From Minisyncoccota bacterium (lineage in GTDB: Bacteria; Patescibacteriota; Minisyncoccia; Phycocordibacterales; JAGLPS01): a stretch of 49,740 nt of DNA. The notes beneath the pieces are model-generated. The model searched no databases. It had not been told where the DNA came from and was given only the letters and a program-made list of their open reading frames with translations. A program made the translations under genes and the position numbers. Below, one piece after another: positions 18,067-27,129 of this stretch. The stretch covers positions 1-49,740 of the forward strand of contig JAGLPS010000018.1 of assembly GCA_023137185.1 (NCBI GenBank), read 5' to 3'. How positions within the stretch are numbered: the stretch's first letter is position 1; every line of letters begins with the position of its first letter.

Positions 18067-18253
18067 CCCGTTAGAGATAGGAAGCGTTGTCTATACACGC
18101 CCCCGACATATAATTAAGTTGGTAATATCTAGACACAACGCGTATGTGGATTGAAACGCTTCCGTAGTGTGATTGATAGTTGTGAGTATACATATATTTA
18201 CATTATTCTAAGGATTGACGCTAATTCTTAAATGGGTTATCTCTAACGGGATA
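18065..18253. repeat. 189-bp element bounded by a perfect 15-bp terminal inverted repeat (ATCCCGTTAGAGATA / TATCTCTAACGGGAT)
   Basis: fills the whole PGI-stop to ROK-start spacer; internal GGAAGCGTT/AACGCTTCC and GCGTTGTGTCTA/TAGACAACGC pairings. Confidence 0.6.
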
Positions 18254-18256
18254 CAT

Positions 18257-19222
18257 TTACAGTTGTTGTTTGAATTTCTCTATGAGACCATTTTCTTTCG
18301 GTGTTGTTCCATAAAAAGCAGCTAACCGTGTTACCGTCCAAAGAGAAAGAAAATACGAATAGAAAGCTTTTTCTAAAATAGAGCTTCCTTTGAGCTCAAT
18401 AATCTCAACAGATAGACCTTTTTCCTTGTATATTTCCGCTGTAATATCCATCCTTTTCTGAACCTCCACGCTATCGGACAAGTCTTTAAGGAAGATAAAG
18501 GAAAAAATTTCCGAAAGATTTTTGGTTGCGTCTGTAAAATCAAACCCCGCAATTTCGTTGTGATTGAGTTCGGGAAACATATTAAAAAATGCTGGTATTT
18601 TAGGACTTTCGTTCATCTCAATCTTCCACATATACGCTAACATATGATTGCGGTTTGAAGAGTAGATAATCGGCACTTTTTGTTCAAGTCTTTTTGCAAG
18701 TTCTTTTCCTTCTTCCATAAGGAATGAAGGATCAACCGCGTTAGCTATTTCTCCTAGAGCAGAAAAAAGATCTTTCCGAGAAAGCACTTTTGCAAGAGCA
18801 CGAACGGAAAAACCCAAAGCGTGGCGAGGTTGGATAAATTCATTTACAGGAATAAGAACATACGGAACTGTGTGTTCCCGCGCAAACTCAATTATTTTGC
18901 CCCCCGAAGAGATAATTACAAGATTAAGATTTTTTCGAACAGCTTCTTTTACAAAGCTAAGAGTTTCCGCAGTATCGCCTGAAAAGGAACTTGCGATAAG
19001 AAGACTCCTTTCTAATACATCTTCTGACACTATAGGAAGGTCGTAATCATAATGCGCAAGAAGAGGAAGGGTTGGGTCATAAAGTTTAGCAAGACCAGCC
19101 GAGAGATGAGAGCCTCCCATACCACAGAGAATAAAACTTTCCGCGGAACGTAAATGTTCTGCATATTCAATAACCGGTTCGAACAAAAGTTGCTCTCTGA
19201 AATTTTTTATCATTTCTTCCAC
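18257..19222 (-). CDS. bifunctional phosphoglucose/phosphomannose isomerase-like SIS protein
   Basis: GMGGSHLSAGL and SFSGDTAETL SIS motifs. Confidence 0.75.
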   Translation of the reverse strand: MEEMIKNFREQLLFEPVIEYAEHLRSAESFILCGMGGSHLSAGLAKLYDPTLPLLAHYDYDLPIVSEDVLERSLLIASSFSGDTAETLSFVKEAVRKNLNLVIISSGGKIIEFAREHTVPYVLIPVNEFIQPRHALGFSVRALAKVLSRKDLFSALGEIANAVDPSFLMEEGKELAKRLEQKVPIIYSSNRNHMLAYMWKIEMNESPKIPAFFNMFPELNHNEIAGFDFTDATKNLSEIFSFIFLKDLSDSVEVQKRMDITAEIYKEKGLSVEIIELKGSSILEKAFYSYFLSLWTVTRLAAFYGTTPKENGLIEKFKQQL

Positions 19223-19363
19223 TACGTTTTAATTATATCACGAAGAAAAAATATCAGAAAAGTTTAAGGACAGGGGTTTCTCGGACCCCCCCCGAAAAGT
19301 AAGTTTTAATTTTGACCCTTTCATTTCCTACACATCTATTAAATATTGTATTATTAATAATCA

Positions 19364-21118
19364 ATGGAACTGAATTTCATTTTTAATTTGAGTCTGATTG
19401 CAAATATTGTAAGTAGTGGGGTTGTCGCTCTCTTTATTCTTTTTACTACCTACAAAGAAGATCCCGCCGCGCGAAAATTTACACAAATAGCGTTTGCTAA
19501 TGCCGCATGGACATTATTTTACCTTCTCGGACAATTACTGCCCAATCCTCAAGATGCATTACTTGTTTTTAAATGGGGAATTTTTTTCCTTATCATACTT
19601 GCGTTCGCCTTTTTAGCTTTCACAATACGAAGTATAGAAAAATTTACAAAAAAGTCTTACAAAGTCTGGTTTCGGATTGGACAAGCGATCAAATTCTTTT
19701 TTCTCGCGCTTATCACCCTCGACATTGTTTTTGGAACAGAACTTCTTGTAAAAAACATTACTCATATAAAAACATGGGGTGTGCTTTGGCCTGATGCGGG
19801 ACGCTTTTTTATCCCCTATCTTGTGTATTTTATGGGTTGTTTCACCATTGGGTTTTTGTTGATTCTCTTTGCGGCGACACACATAGAAGAAAAAGAGCGC
19901 AACAAAATCAAATACCTTAACTGGGCAGCTATCCTTGCAGGCATTGGTGGTTCTACATTGTATTTAATGTGGTACGACATACCTTTCCCTCCAGTTGGAG
20001 GATGGGTAATTCCTGTGTATATCTTAGGACTGTTTTACTCAATCACTAAATTCAAACTTTTCAATATGAGGGTTATTACCACAGAACTGTTCACCCTCAC
20101 TATTTGGATGCTTATGTTTGGACAGATCCTTCTTTCAACCAACATAGAGCTTTTTATTCTTGATAGTGTTATTTTTTTAGTAACGATATTTTTCGGTCTG
20201 TTAACCATACAAAATAGTATCGCTACTGAAAAACAACGGGAGGAACTTGAAAAGGCAACAAGAAAACTTGATAAAACAAATCACAAGCTTTCCGACCTTA
20301 ATCAGAATCTTCAACAAAAAGTTGACGAGCAGACAAAAGAAGTACGGAAAGCATACGAAATTGAAAAGGAGGCGCGTATTGAACTTGAAAAATTAGACAG
20401 GGCAAAGAACAGTTTCCTTCTCACAACCCAACATCACCTGCGGACGCCACTTACTGTTGTAAAAGGTTTCCTTGATCTTTCTACACACGAAGAAAACAAT
20501 GTGCAAATTCGTTCGTATATGATAAAGGCGACAAAAGCAATCAACAGTATGGCAGAACTTGTAAATGAATTTCTAAACGTTTCCCAGCTTGAAGTCGGTG
20601 AGACGATGCTTAATCCCCAACCGACGAATATTGCTAATATCGTTTCAGAAATACAAGGTGAACTTAAACTTGCGATAAAAGAGAAAGATCTATCGTTTGC
20701 TTTAGACTTTAGTGAAGAAGCGCAACATACCAAGGCTATTATTGATTCCAAAATGATAAAAGCGGCGCTCTATAATCTTATCGATAATGCAGTGAAATAC
20801 ACGCCACACGGAAAAATTACAATTATCGGAGAAATATACACTCACCCTATTGAAAAAACAGAAATGCTGCGACTAAAGATTAAAGATACGGGAATAGGAA
20901 TTAGAAAAGAAGATTTGAAAAATGCGTTTCAACATTCTTTTGAGAGAGGGGTAGAAGCAGAAAAAGCAAATAAAACTGGAAAAGGGATAGGATTAATTCT
21001 TTCCAAAAATATAATACAAGCGCATCGCGGAAATATTTTTGTTAACTCAGAGGGGGTTGGAAAAGGGACAACGCTTACGGTTGAAATTCCAATCGGTGTT
21101 AAGCGATTGTGGAGATGA
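19364..21118 (+). CDS. sensor histidine kinase with N-terminal multi-TM sensor (paralog 1)
   Basis: H-box HHLRTPLTVV, N-box DNAVKYT, G-boxes DTGIGI and GKGIGL; about 7 TM helices. Confidence 0.85.
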   Translation: MELNFIFNLSLIANIVSSGVVALFILFTTYKEDPAARKFTQIAFANAAWTLFYLLGQLLPNPQDALLVFKWGIFFLIILAFAFLAFTIRSIEKFTKKSYKVWFRIGQAIKFFFLALITLDIVFGTELLVKNITHIKTWGVLWPDAGRFFIPYLVYFMGCFTIGFLLILFAATHIEEKERNKIKYLNWAAILAGIGGSTLYLMWYDIPFPPVGGWVIPVYILGLFYSITKFKLFNMRVITTELFTLTIWMLMFGQILLSTNIELFILDSVIFLVTIFFGLLTIQNSIATEKQREELEKATRKLDKTNHKLSDLNQNLQQKVDEQTKEVRKAYEIEKEARIELEKLDRAKNSFLLTTQHHLRTPLTVVKGFLDLSTHEENNVQIRSYMIKATKAINSMAELVNEFLNVSQLEVGETMLNPQPTNIANIVSEIQGELKLAIKEKDLSFALDFSEEAQHTKAIIDSKMIKAALYNLIDNAVKYTPHGKITIIGEIYTHPIEKTEMLRLKIKDTGIGIRKEDLKNAFQHSFERGVEAEKANKTGKGIGLILSKNIIQAHRGNIFVNSEGVGKGTTLTVEIPIGVKRLWR

Positions 21119-21127
21119 TGGGATTCG
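21107..21127 (-). repeat. duplicated 3' end of tRNA-Ala(GGC) (nt 56-73 plus trailer), overlapping the kinase stop codon
   Basis: TTGTGGAGATGATGGGATTCG is identical to 21266-21286. Confidence 0.85.
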
Positions 21128-21268
21128 GCTATCCGTATTTTCTTGCTAGAAAATCGGACAGCCCGGCCTCGCGCCGTCGCGCTCCGGCCTTCGATTCCCA
21201 CGAATGCGTCGCATTCTCCAAAATAGACACAAGAAAAAACTCCCCGAAGGGAGCCTTTTCTTGTGTTG

Positions 21269-21341
21269 TGGAGATGATGGGATTCGAACCCACTACCTCA
21301 GCTATGCCATAGCCGCGCTCTACCAATTGAGCTACATCCCC
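21269..21341 (-). tRNA. tRNA-Ala(GGC)
   Basis: hand-folded 73-nt cloverleaf, anticodon loop ATGGCAT, G3:U70, TTCGAAT T-loop; CCA not encoded. Confidence 0.9.
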
Positions 21342-21608
21342 ATTTCAATATAAGCAACTGCCTTAAGGAAATTTCCGCGAATGTCTCCCAGACATCCGAT
21401 AAATTCTCCCTCATACGTGCATATTCACCTATTTTATGTCGGTTGTAAAAGAATTTTATAAAAATTTGAAAAAGTAAGCAAAAAACCACAAGAAAACCGA
21501 AAGAAAGCCTGCAGATAGAAACGAAATTTAAACTTGCCGAAGTATATATTATATGTTATTATCTAATAAGAAATTAGTCTGTTAAACTCTCAAAAAAGGA
21601 GTCTACCA

Positions 21609-22118
21609 ATGAAAAAGGGTGCGGGAATTATTTTGACAAGCTGTATTAATGGAGAATTATACGCTTTTTTAAGAAAAGTCCCCATTATCAATGTGGACGC
21701 GAAACGTCAGGCATGGGGAGGAAGCTACGAAATTACTGCTGTCGGCAAGATGTTGCCGGAAGATAGTGATAATTTCACGATGTGCGCCTTACGAATATTA
21801 AGAGAAGAAACAGGCATAAGTTTTTTTCCTCATAAGCCTACGGAAATTCTTAGAAAGCGGACACGGATAGAATACTGCGAGATGGTCATTTACAAATCGC
21901 ATATTCCATTCCAGGATATGATTGTTCCTATGCAAAAACACCATTTGACCCCCATAAATATTTCTGAAGTTGAGAAAACAAAAAGTTTGTGGGGCGATAG
22001 GGCAAACGGAAAGATGTCGTCATATGATATGGCATTTCTTCCCGAAGACGGAATCCGAATGCCTAAGCTTTATAAAGAAGCAGTGGAGAAGTCTTTTCCT
22101 TCTTTTGCCCAAGTATAA
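21609..22118 (+). CDS. NUDIX-like hydrolase
   Basis: near-consensus Nudix box GKMLPEDSDNFTMCALRILREETGI. Confidence 0.45.
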   Translation: MKKGAGIILTSCINGELYAFLRKVPIINVDAKRQAWGGSYEITAVGKMLPEDSDNFTMCALRILREETGISFFPHKPTEILRKRTRIEYCEMVIYKSHIPFQDMIVPMQKHHLTPINISEVEKTKSLWGDRANGKMSSYDMAFLPEDGIRMPKLYKEAVEKSFPSFAQV

Positions 22119-22128
22119 TAAAAAACCC

Positions 22129-22160
22129 AAAAGCCCTGTAATTACAATTATGGGGCTTTT
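22129..22160 (+). terminator. putative terminator of the NUDIX-like gene
   Basis: AAAAGCCC/GGGCTTTT stem just after the stop codon. Confidence 0.45.
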
Positions 22161-22240
22161 ATTGTAATTGCGGGGATAGGACGAGGTCAAACTTTATTTT
22201 GGTAAACTCGACGAAAATCGAACACTCCTCGTGGCAAACT

Positions 22241-22267
22241 TGTGGACCCATGGAGAATCGGACTCCC
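22241..22267 (-). pseudogene. tRNA-like 3' fragment (T arm plus acceptor 3' strand) downstream of tRNA-Ala(CGC)
   Basis: TGTGGACCCATGGAGAATCGGACTCCC resembles the TGTGGACCGTGGGGAATTCGAATCCCC of the intact gene. Confidence 0.5.
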
Positions 22268-22296
22268 GCTTGCGCAACTTGTCCTCCTAAATTTTG

Positions 22297-22369
22297 TGGA
22301 CCGTGGGGAATTCGAATCCCCGACCTCTGCAATGCGAATGCAGCGCTCTACCAACTGAGCTAACGGCCC
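22297..22369 (-). tRNA. tRNA-Ala(CGC)
   Basis: hand-folded 73-nt cloverleaf, anticodon loop TTCGCAT, G3:U70. Confidence 0.9.
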
Positions 22370-22455
22370 ACACAGAAACACTTTAGCAAAATTTTGGAGG
22401 ATGAACGAATGCGCGGTTATACCACTTAACTATGGACACTTGTCACTCACTGCGC

Positions 22456-22479
22456 TTTTTGGACATTGAATGTCCAAAA
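22456..22479. repeat. solo TTTGGACA hairpin
   Basis: TTTTTGGACATTGAATGTCCAAAA. Confidence 0.65.
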
Positions 22480-22515
22480 CAGAGAAAATTTCCAGACTTA
22501 TGGTTCTTCCGAGAG

Positions 22516-22535
22516 TCGGAATACCAGGATTTGAA
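22516..22535 (-). pseudogene. diverged tRNA-Pro-like 3' fragment
   Basis: TCGGAATACCAGGATTTGAA aligns with the TCGGGATGCCGGGAATCGAA of the intact tRNA-Pro; the 5' T-stem strand is missing. Confidence 0.4.
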
Positions 22536-22641
22536 TCTTACAGGTTCTGTACACCTTGTGGATTTTTCAGAAAAAATCTCACAAGGTCTTTCGGCACTCC
22601 AAGTATTCGCGCCTCAACCTTTACCTACCTAAATTTTTCTG

Positions 22642-22712
22642 TCGGGATGCCGGGAATCGAACCCGATCCTTACGCACCCGAAGCGTATATACTACCGGTA
22701 TACTACATCCCG
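22642..22712 (-). tRNA. tRNA-Pro(CGG)
   Basis: hand-folded 71-nt cloverleaf, anticodon loop TTCGGGT, C1:G72, A73. Confidence 0.85.
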
Positions 22713-22758
22713 AACCACACACGAATCGTAACGTACTCTTGAATTTTTTTCAAAAGAA

Positions 22759-23229
22759 TTATTCGTCTGGTATCCGTAACACAGAATAACGGAGAGGAGT
22801 AAGACGAGCGGCAAGACTTATTGCAAGAGCAATGACAAGAAGATTTTTAATTATGTATTGCCCTTCAAGTGTTGGAATAAAGTTTGCTTCCCACATCACT
22901 TCAGGAATAAGAAAAAGCGGAAATACCATAATTATTATATGTGGAAGAAGCAGAAAAATCGCAAGACGTGTCCATTTTGGGATAAGAAAAAGAATACCAA
23001 TAATCACTTCGTAAATGGAAAACCCAATAATGAAACTGCTGAATGTCATAAACGGCAAAGTTTGCTCCATTAAGTTTTCAATAAGAGGATTTGTGTAACC
23101 CCTGCCGATAATTTTTAAAATTCCAAACCAGAAATACACGACAAAAAGAGCGAGCCGCCCGAACGGAAGACTTAATTTTCGGCAAACCTTTATGACAAAG
23201 TGATCAATTGTGCTTATAAGATTTTTCAT
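22759..23229 (-). CDS. hypothetical 4-TM membrane protein
   Basis: 156-aa ORF with four hydrophobic segments; family uncertain. Confidence 0.4.
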   Translation of the reverse strand: MKNLISTIDHFVIKVCRKLSLPFGRLALFVVYFWFGILKIIGRGYTNPLIENLMEQTLPFMTFSSFIIGFSIYEVIIGILFLIPKWTRLAIFLLLPHIIIMVFPLFLIPEVMWEANFIPTLEGQYIIKNLLVIALAISLAARLTPLRYSVLRIPDE

Positions 23230-23345
23230 TGTTCAAGAATAGAATGATATCTCACAACGCTGCTTATTCACATACTATTATTCTACAACAACATTTGAAC
23301 AATCTCCCCCTAACAGTTCTTACAAGATTTTTACAGTAATTAAAA

Positions 23346-23381
23346 ACCGCAGATATTCGCTAATTGACAAATGTCTGCGGT
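23346..23381 (-). terminator. putative intrinsic terminator after the 23392 gene
   Basis: ACCGCAGA/TCTGCGGT stem followed by a T-run on the minus strand. Confidence 0.5.
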
Positions 23382-23391
23382 AGTAATGTTC

Positions 23392-23850
23392 TTATAAAAC
23401 ATTTTCTATTAGTATAGGAGCGTTTGCGTTGGAAAAAGAATAAGTTGTGATTCCCCGCTCTTTTGCGATTACATCCTCGGGAAGCAACATCATCGGCTTT
23501 CCTACGGCTATGAACCTTCCCTTGTCGCGCAAAAGCGGGCGTATTGACTGGAAAAGTCTGTCAGGTTTCCAGTCAGACATACAAATAACCCCCTCAACGA
23601 CAACTGAATACCGTCTCAAATTTCCCAGGTACCGTAAAAAAGTCTGGTCGCCGTCGTCTGGAATAATACAAACCCGTATGGATTTGTATTTCTCCAAGAG
23701 TTTCAAACACTTTTTTTGTTTGCGGAATTCCTGAATAGATCGGAAACACGCGAACAACACTCCACAACGAGAAGCCAGTGTTTTAATAATTGCAATTCCG
23801 ACAGAGGTGCCTGTTCCCAATACAATAAATCTTTTTCTGTAGTTCTCCAT
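23392..23850 (-). CDS. hypothetical protein with an SDR/Rossmann-like N-terminal glycine motif
   Basis: FIVLGTGTSVGIAIIKTLA; only 152 aa, so truncated relative to SDRs. Confidence 0.3.
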   Translation of the reverse strand: MENYRKRFIVLGTGTSVGIAIIKTLASRCGVLFACFRSIQEFRKQKKCLKLLEKYKSIRVCIIPDDGDQTFLRYLGNLRRYSVVVEGVICMSDWKPDRLFQSIRPLLRDKGRFIAVGKPMMLLPEDVIAKERGITTYSFSNANAPILIENVL

Positions 23851-23991
23851 AAAAAACTCCTTTCTTTTCTTTGTTTAAGAACAAAATTTAAAAGTTACAC
23901 ATTTACATCTATACTCATTTAGACAGATTTTTTGTAAAACATCAACAAACCGCGGTTGTTTCTTTTAAGCGTAGATTGCTATAATTTCAAT

Positions 23992-25746
23992 GTGAATCTA
24001 CATTTCATATACAACATAAGCATAATGCTGAATATCACAATGGGAGGCGTTACCGCCCTTTTTCTTTTTTTTACCGCGTATAAGAAAAATGATGTCGCTC
24101 GTAAACTCACCCATCTTGCAGTCGCCGACGTCAGCTGGGCAGCAACACATCTAATCGCTCAAAATACTGCCGATGCCGATTTTTCCCTTTTGATGAACAA
24201 ACTATCGGTACTTTTTATCGCGGTTATAGCATATTGCAGTATTGCATTTTCAATTTTGGCCATTCGACAATTAACTGGAAAATTACATAAAGGCTGGCTG
24301 TATTTCAGTCAGATTGCAATGCTTTTTTTTGTTATGTTAATTTCCGCAGATATTGTCGCTAACACGGAGTTGTTAATCAATCAGGAAAACTATGCTCGCG
24401 CATGGGGGTCAATCTGGCCAGGAAGAGGAGTATTTTTTGACCTTTTCCCTGTGTATTTTATTGGCAGTTTTGTTGTTAGTTTTTTCCTTCTTTCAAAAAC
24501 TTTATCGAGACCTGAGATAAATATCGAGGCAAGAAAAAAAATTCAATATTTCAACCTTTCTCTTTTTATGGCCTCTTTTGGGGGAATACCATATTGGATT
24601 AATTGGTATGATATTTACATCCCGCCACTTGGAGGATTCTTCATTCCTCTTTATATTTTTGGCCTCTTTTTTTCAATCACAAAATTTCATCTCTTCAATG
24701 TTCGTGTCGTTACCGCAGAATTATTTATTATAACCGTTTGGATGCTTATGTTCGGACGAATTCCTCTTGTGCAGGACAATACTTTTATTCTTTTTGACAT
24801 TGGAATATTTATACTTACAGTTATATTCGGACTATTAACTATCCAAAGCGTAATCGAAAGAGAACAGCAGAGAGAGCGACTGAAATTGGCAACAGTAAAA
24901 TTTGATAGGGCAAACCGAGAACTTTCCGATCTCAACAAAAATCTCCATCAAAAAGTAAAAGAAAAGAAAGAAAAAGTGTATAAAGCATATGAAATTGAAA
25001 AGGAGGCGCGTATTGAACTTGAAAAATTAGATAGGGCGAAAGACAATTTTCTACTTACTACCCAGCACCACCTTCGTACACCACTTACTGTTGTTAACGG
25101 ATATCTCGACGTTATCCTAGGAGAGGAAAAGAATCCTAAAATTCATTCATATATGGTCAAGGCAACACAGGGTGTAAAGAGTATGATTGAGTTGGTAAAT
25201 GGATTCTTAAATGTGTCACAACTTGAAATTGGTAAGGCTATATTAAACCCCCAACCAACACATATTTCTGACATTGTTTCTGAAATACAAAACGAACTAC
25301 ATTCAATAGTAGAAAGAAAAAAACTCTTTTTTACTTCTCATTTCTCCGAAGATGCGCAGAACGCAAAAGTGGCAGCGGACAGGAAAATGATTAAAGCATC
25401 TCTCTACAACATCATAGATAACGCGATAAAATATACTCAAAAAGGTGGCATTACAGTTACAGGCGAAATGTTTATTCATCCGATTGAAAAAAGTAAGATA
25501 TTGAGATTGAAAATAAAAGACACGGGAATGGGGGTAAAAAAAGAAAATCTAAAAGGTGTTTTTGAGAAAATCCTTGAACGAGAGGCAGAAGCAAAGAAAG
25601 CAAATAGACAAGGAAAAGGCATCGGACTAGTTCTCGCCAAAAATATGATACAAGCGCATCACGGAAATATTTTTGTTGACTCGGAAGGGGTTGGGAAAGG
25701 AACAACGTTTACGGTTGAGATACCAGTAGAAGAAAAGATGCTGTAA
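23992..25746 (+). CDS. sensor histidine kinase with N-terminal multi-TM sensor (paralog 2)
   Basis: same architecture and long identical peptide blocks as 19364-21118. The GTG at 23992 aligns with the paralog-1 start; the longest ORF starts at 23956. Confidence 0.85.
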   Translation: MNLHFIYNISIMLNITMGGVTALFLFFTAYKKNDVARKLTHLAVADVSWAATHLIAQNTADADFSLLMNKLSVLFIAVIAYCSIAFSILAIRQLTGKLHKGWLYFSQIAMLFFVMLISADIVANTELLINQENYARAWGSIWPGRGVFFDLFPVYFIGSFVVSFFLLSKTLSRPEINIEARKKIQYFNLSLFMASFGGIPYWINWYDIYIPPLGGFFIPLYIFGLFFSITKFHLFNVRVVTAELFIITVWMLMFGRIPLVQDNTFILFDIGIFILTVIFGLLTIQSVIEREQQRERLKLATVKFDRANRELSDLNKNLHQKVKEKKEKVYKAYEIEKEARIELEKLDRAKDNFLLTTQHHLRTPLTVVNGYLDVILGEEKNPKIHSYMVKATQGVKSMIELVNGFLNVSQLEIGKAILNPQPTHISDIVSEIQNELHSIVERKKLFFTSHFSEDAQNAKVAADRKMIKASLYNIIDNAIKYTQKGGITVTGEMFIHPIEKSKILRLKIKDTGMGVKKENLKGVFEKILEREAEAKKANRQGKGIGLVLAKNMIQAHHGNIFVDSEGVGKGTTFTVEIPVEEKML

Positions 25747-25781
25747 AGTAACTTGCCGAAAGAGCGATAAACGCATAGAGT

Positions 25782-26990
25782 ATGCTTATGTTATTAAAAA
25801 AGTTTTTATTCTTTTCTATATTTGTCTCTCTTTTGGGAGGCACTCTTTTTCCCGCCTTAGTTTCTGCGGAGAACGAGGTAAATATATATTTTTTCTATGG
25901 AGAGAACTGCCCCCATTGCGAAAAAGAAGAAATTTTTCTTGAAACGCTTAAAGAAAACTATCCGCGAATTACTGTTCATGATTACGAGGTGTATTACAAC
26001 GAAGAAAATATCGACTTGTTAAAACAAGCCGCGCGAATTCTTCAAACAAACGTGAATGGAGTTCCCTTTACCGTTATCGGCGATATGGTCTTTGCCGGTT
26101 TTTCGGAAACCATTACCTCCACGGCGATAGAAAAAAGAGTCCAGGAATGTCTTGCCAGCATATGTCCTGATTCCCTTGCCAAACTTTTAGTAACTGAACC
26201 AGAAAGTCCCGAGATACCGATTATTGAACCTCCTGCCGGAACTTCGGAAATTGAAATCCCATTGTTGGGGAGCGTCAACCCCTTGTCCTTTTCTCTTCCT
26301 TTGCTTTCTATAATTCTGGGAATACTTGACGGTTTTAATCCCTGCGCGATGTGGACTCTTCTTTTTCTTATCAGCTTGCTTCTTGGAATGAAAAATCGAA
26401 AGAGGATGTGGATTTTGGGAACAACGTTTATCGTCACTTCAGCCGCAGTGTATTTTCTTTTTATGGCGGCATGGCTTAACTTAATTCTCTTTATAGGTTT
26501 TATCATTTGGGTGCGTCTCCTTATTGGACTTATTGCTCTTTTAGGCGGTGGACTGAACCTCAAAAGCTATTTTACGGAAAAAAACGCGGTATGTGAGGTA
26601 ACAAAAGGAAACAAACAACAAAAAATATTTGAAAAATTAAAAAATATCACTCAAGAACACAATTTCCTTTTTGCTCTTGCGGGAATAATAGTTTTAGCAT
26701 TTGCTGTAAATCTTGTTGAACTTGTTTGTTCAGCCGGATTCCCCGCGGTGTATACGCAGGTACTCGCGCTCAACAATTTGCCGATATGGCAATATTATGC
26801 CTACATTTTGCTCTACGTTACCTTCTTTATGACTGATGACTTGTTTATATTTATTGCCGCGATGATTACACTCAAAATGACAGGCGTCACCACAAAATAC
26901 ACACGGCTTTCAAAACTCATCGGAGGAACTTTAATGGTTGCAATAGGACTAACTCTTATATTCAGACCCGAATGGCTGATGTTTGGATAG
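25782..26990 (+). CDS. thioredoxin-fold (CPHC) domain fused to a DsbD/CcdA-like membrane thiol-disulfide transporter
   Basis: signal peptide, YGENCPHCEKEE, then a TM domain with GFNPCAMW. Confidence 0.65.
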   Translation: MLMLLKKFLFFSIFVSLLGGTLFPALVSAENEVNIYFFYGENCPHCEKEEIFLETLKENYPRITVHDYEVYYNEENIDLLKQAARILQTNVNGVPFTVIGDMVFAGFSETITSTAIEKRVQECLASICPDSLAKLLVTEPESPEIPIIEPPAGTSEIEIPLLGSVNPLSFSLPLLSIILGILDGFNPCAMWTLLFLISLLLGMKNRKRMWILGTTFIVTSAAVYFLFMAAWLNLILFIGFIIWVRLLIGLIALLGGGLNLKSYFTEKNAVCEVTKGNKQQKIFEKLKNITQEHNFLFALAGIIVLAFAVNLVELVCSAGFPAVYTQVLALNNLPIWQYYAYILLYVTFFMTDDLFIFIAAMITLKMTGVTTKYTRLSKLIGGTLMVAIGLTLIFRPEWLMFG

Positions 26991-27062
26991 AATTTGTAAA
27001 ATGGCCACCTCCTTCCACCAGCTTCCCCTAACCAGCAGAGATGAGGGTTTCTTGTAGAAAAA

Positions 27063-27103
27063 AAGCCCGTCTAAATTTTCCTTCGGAAAATTTAGACGGG
27101 CTT
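27063..27103. terminator. bidirectional terminator hairpin between convergent genes
   Basis: AAGCCCGTCTAAATTTTCC-TTCG-GGAAAATTTAGACGGGCTT. Confidence 0.75.
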
Positions 27104-27129
27104 TGATAAATGGTTTCATTTGCTCTCGT

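Noticed and set aside
21129-22742. ORFs 21129-21326, 21298-21489, 22187-22381, 22470-22742 and 22556-22789
   Set aside because: They are translations across tRNA genes and tRNA fragments (GSNP, PGIEP and VGIPGFE peptides are typical tRNA read-throughs). They have no coding support.
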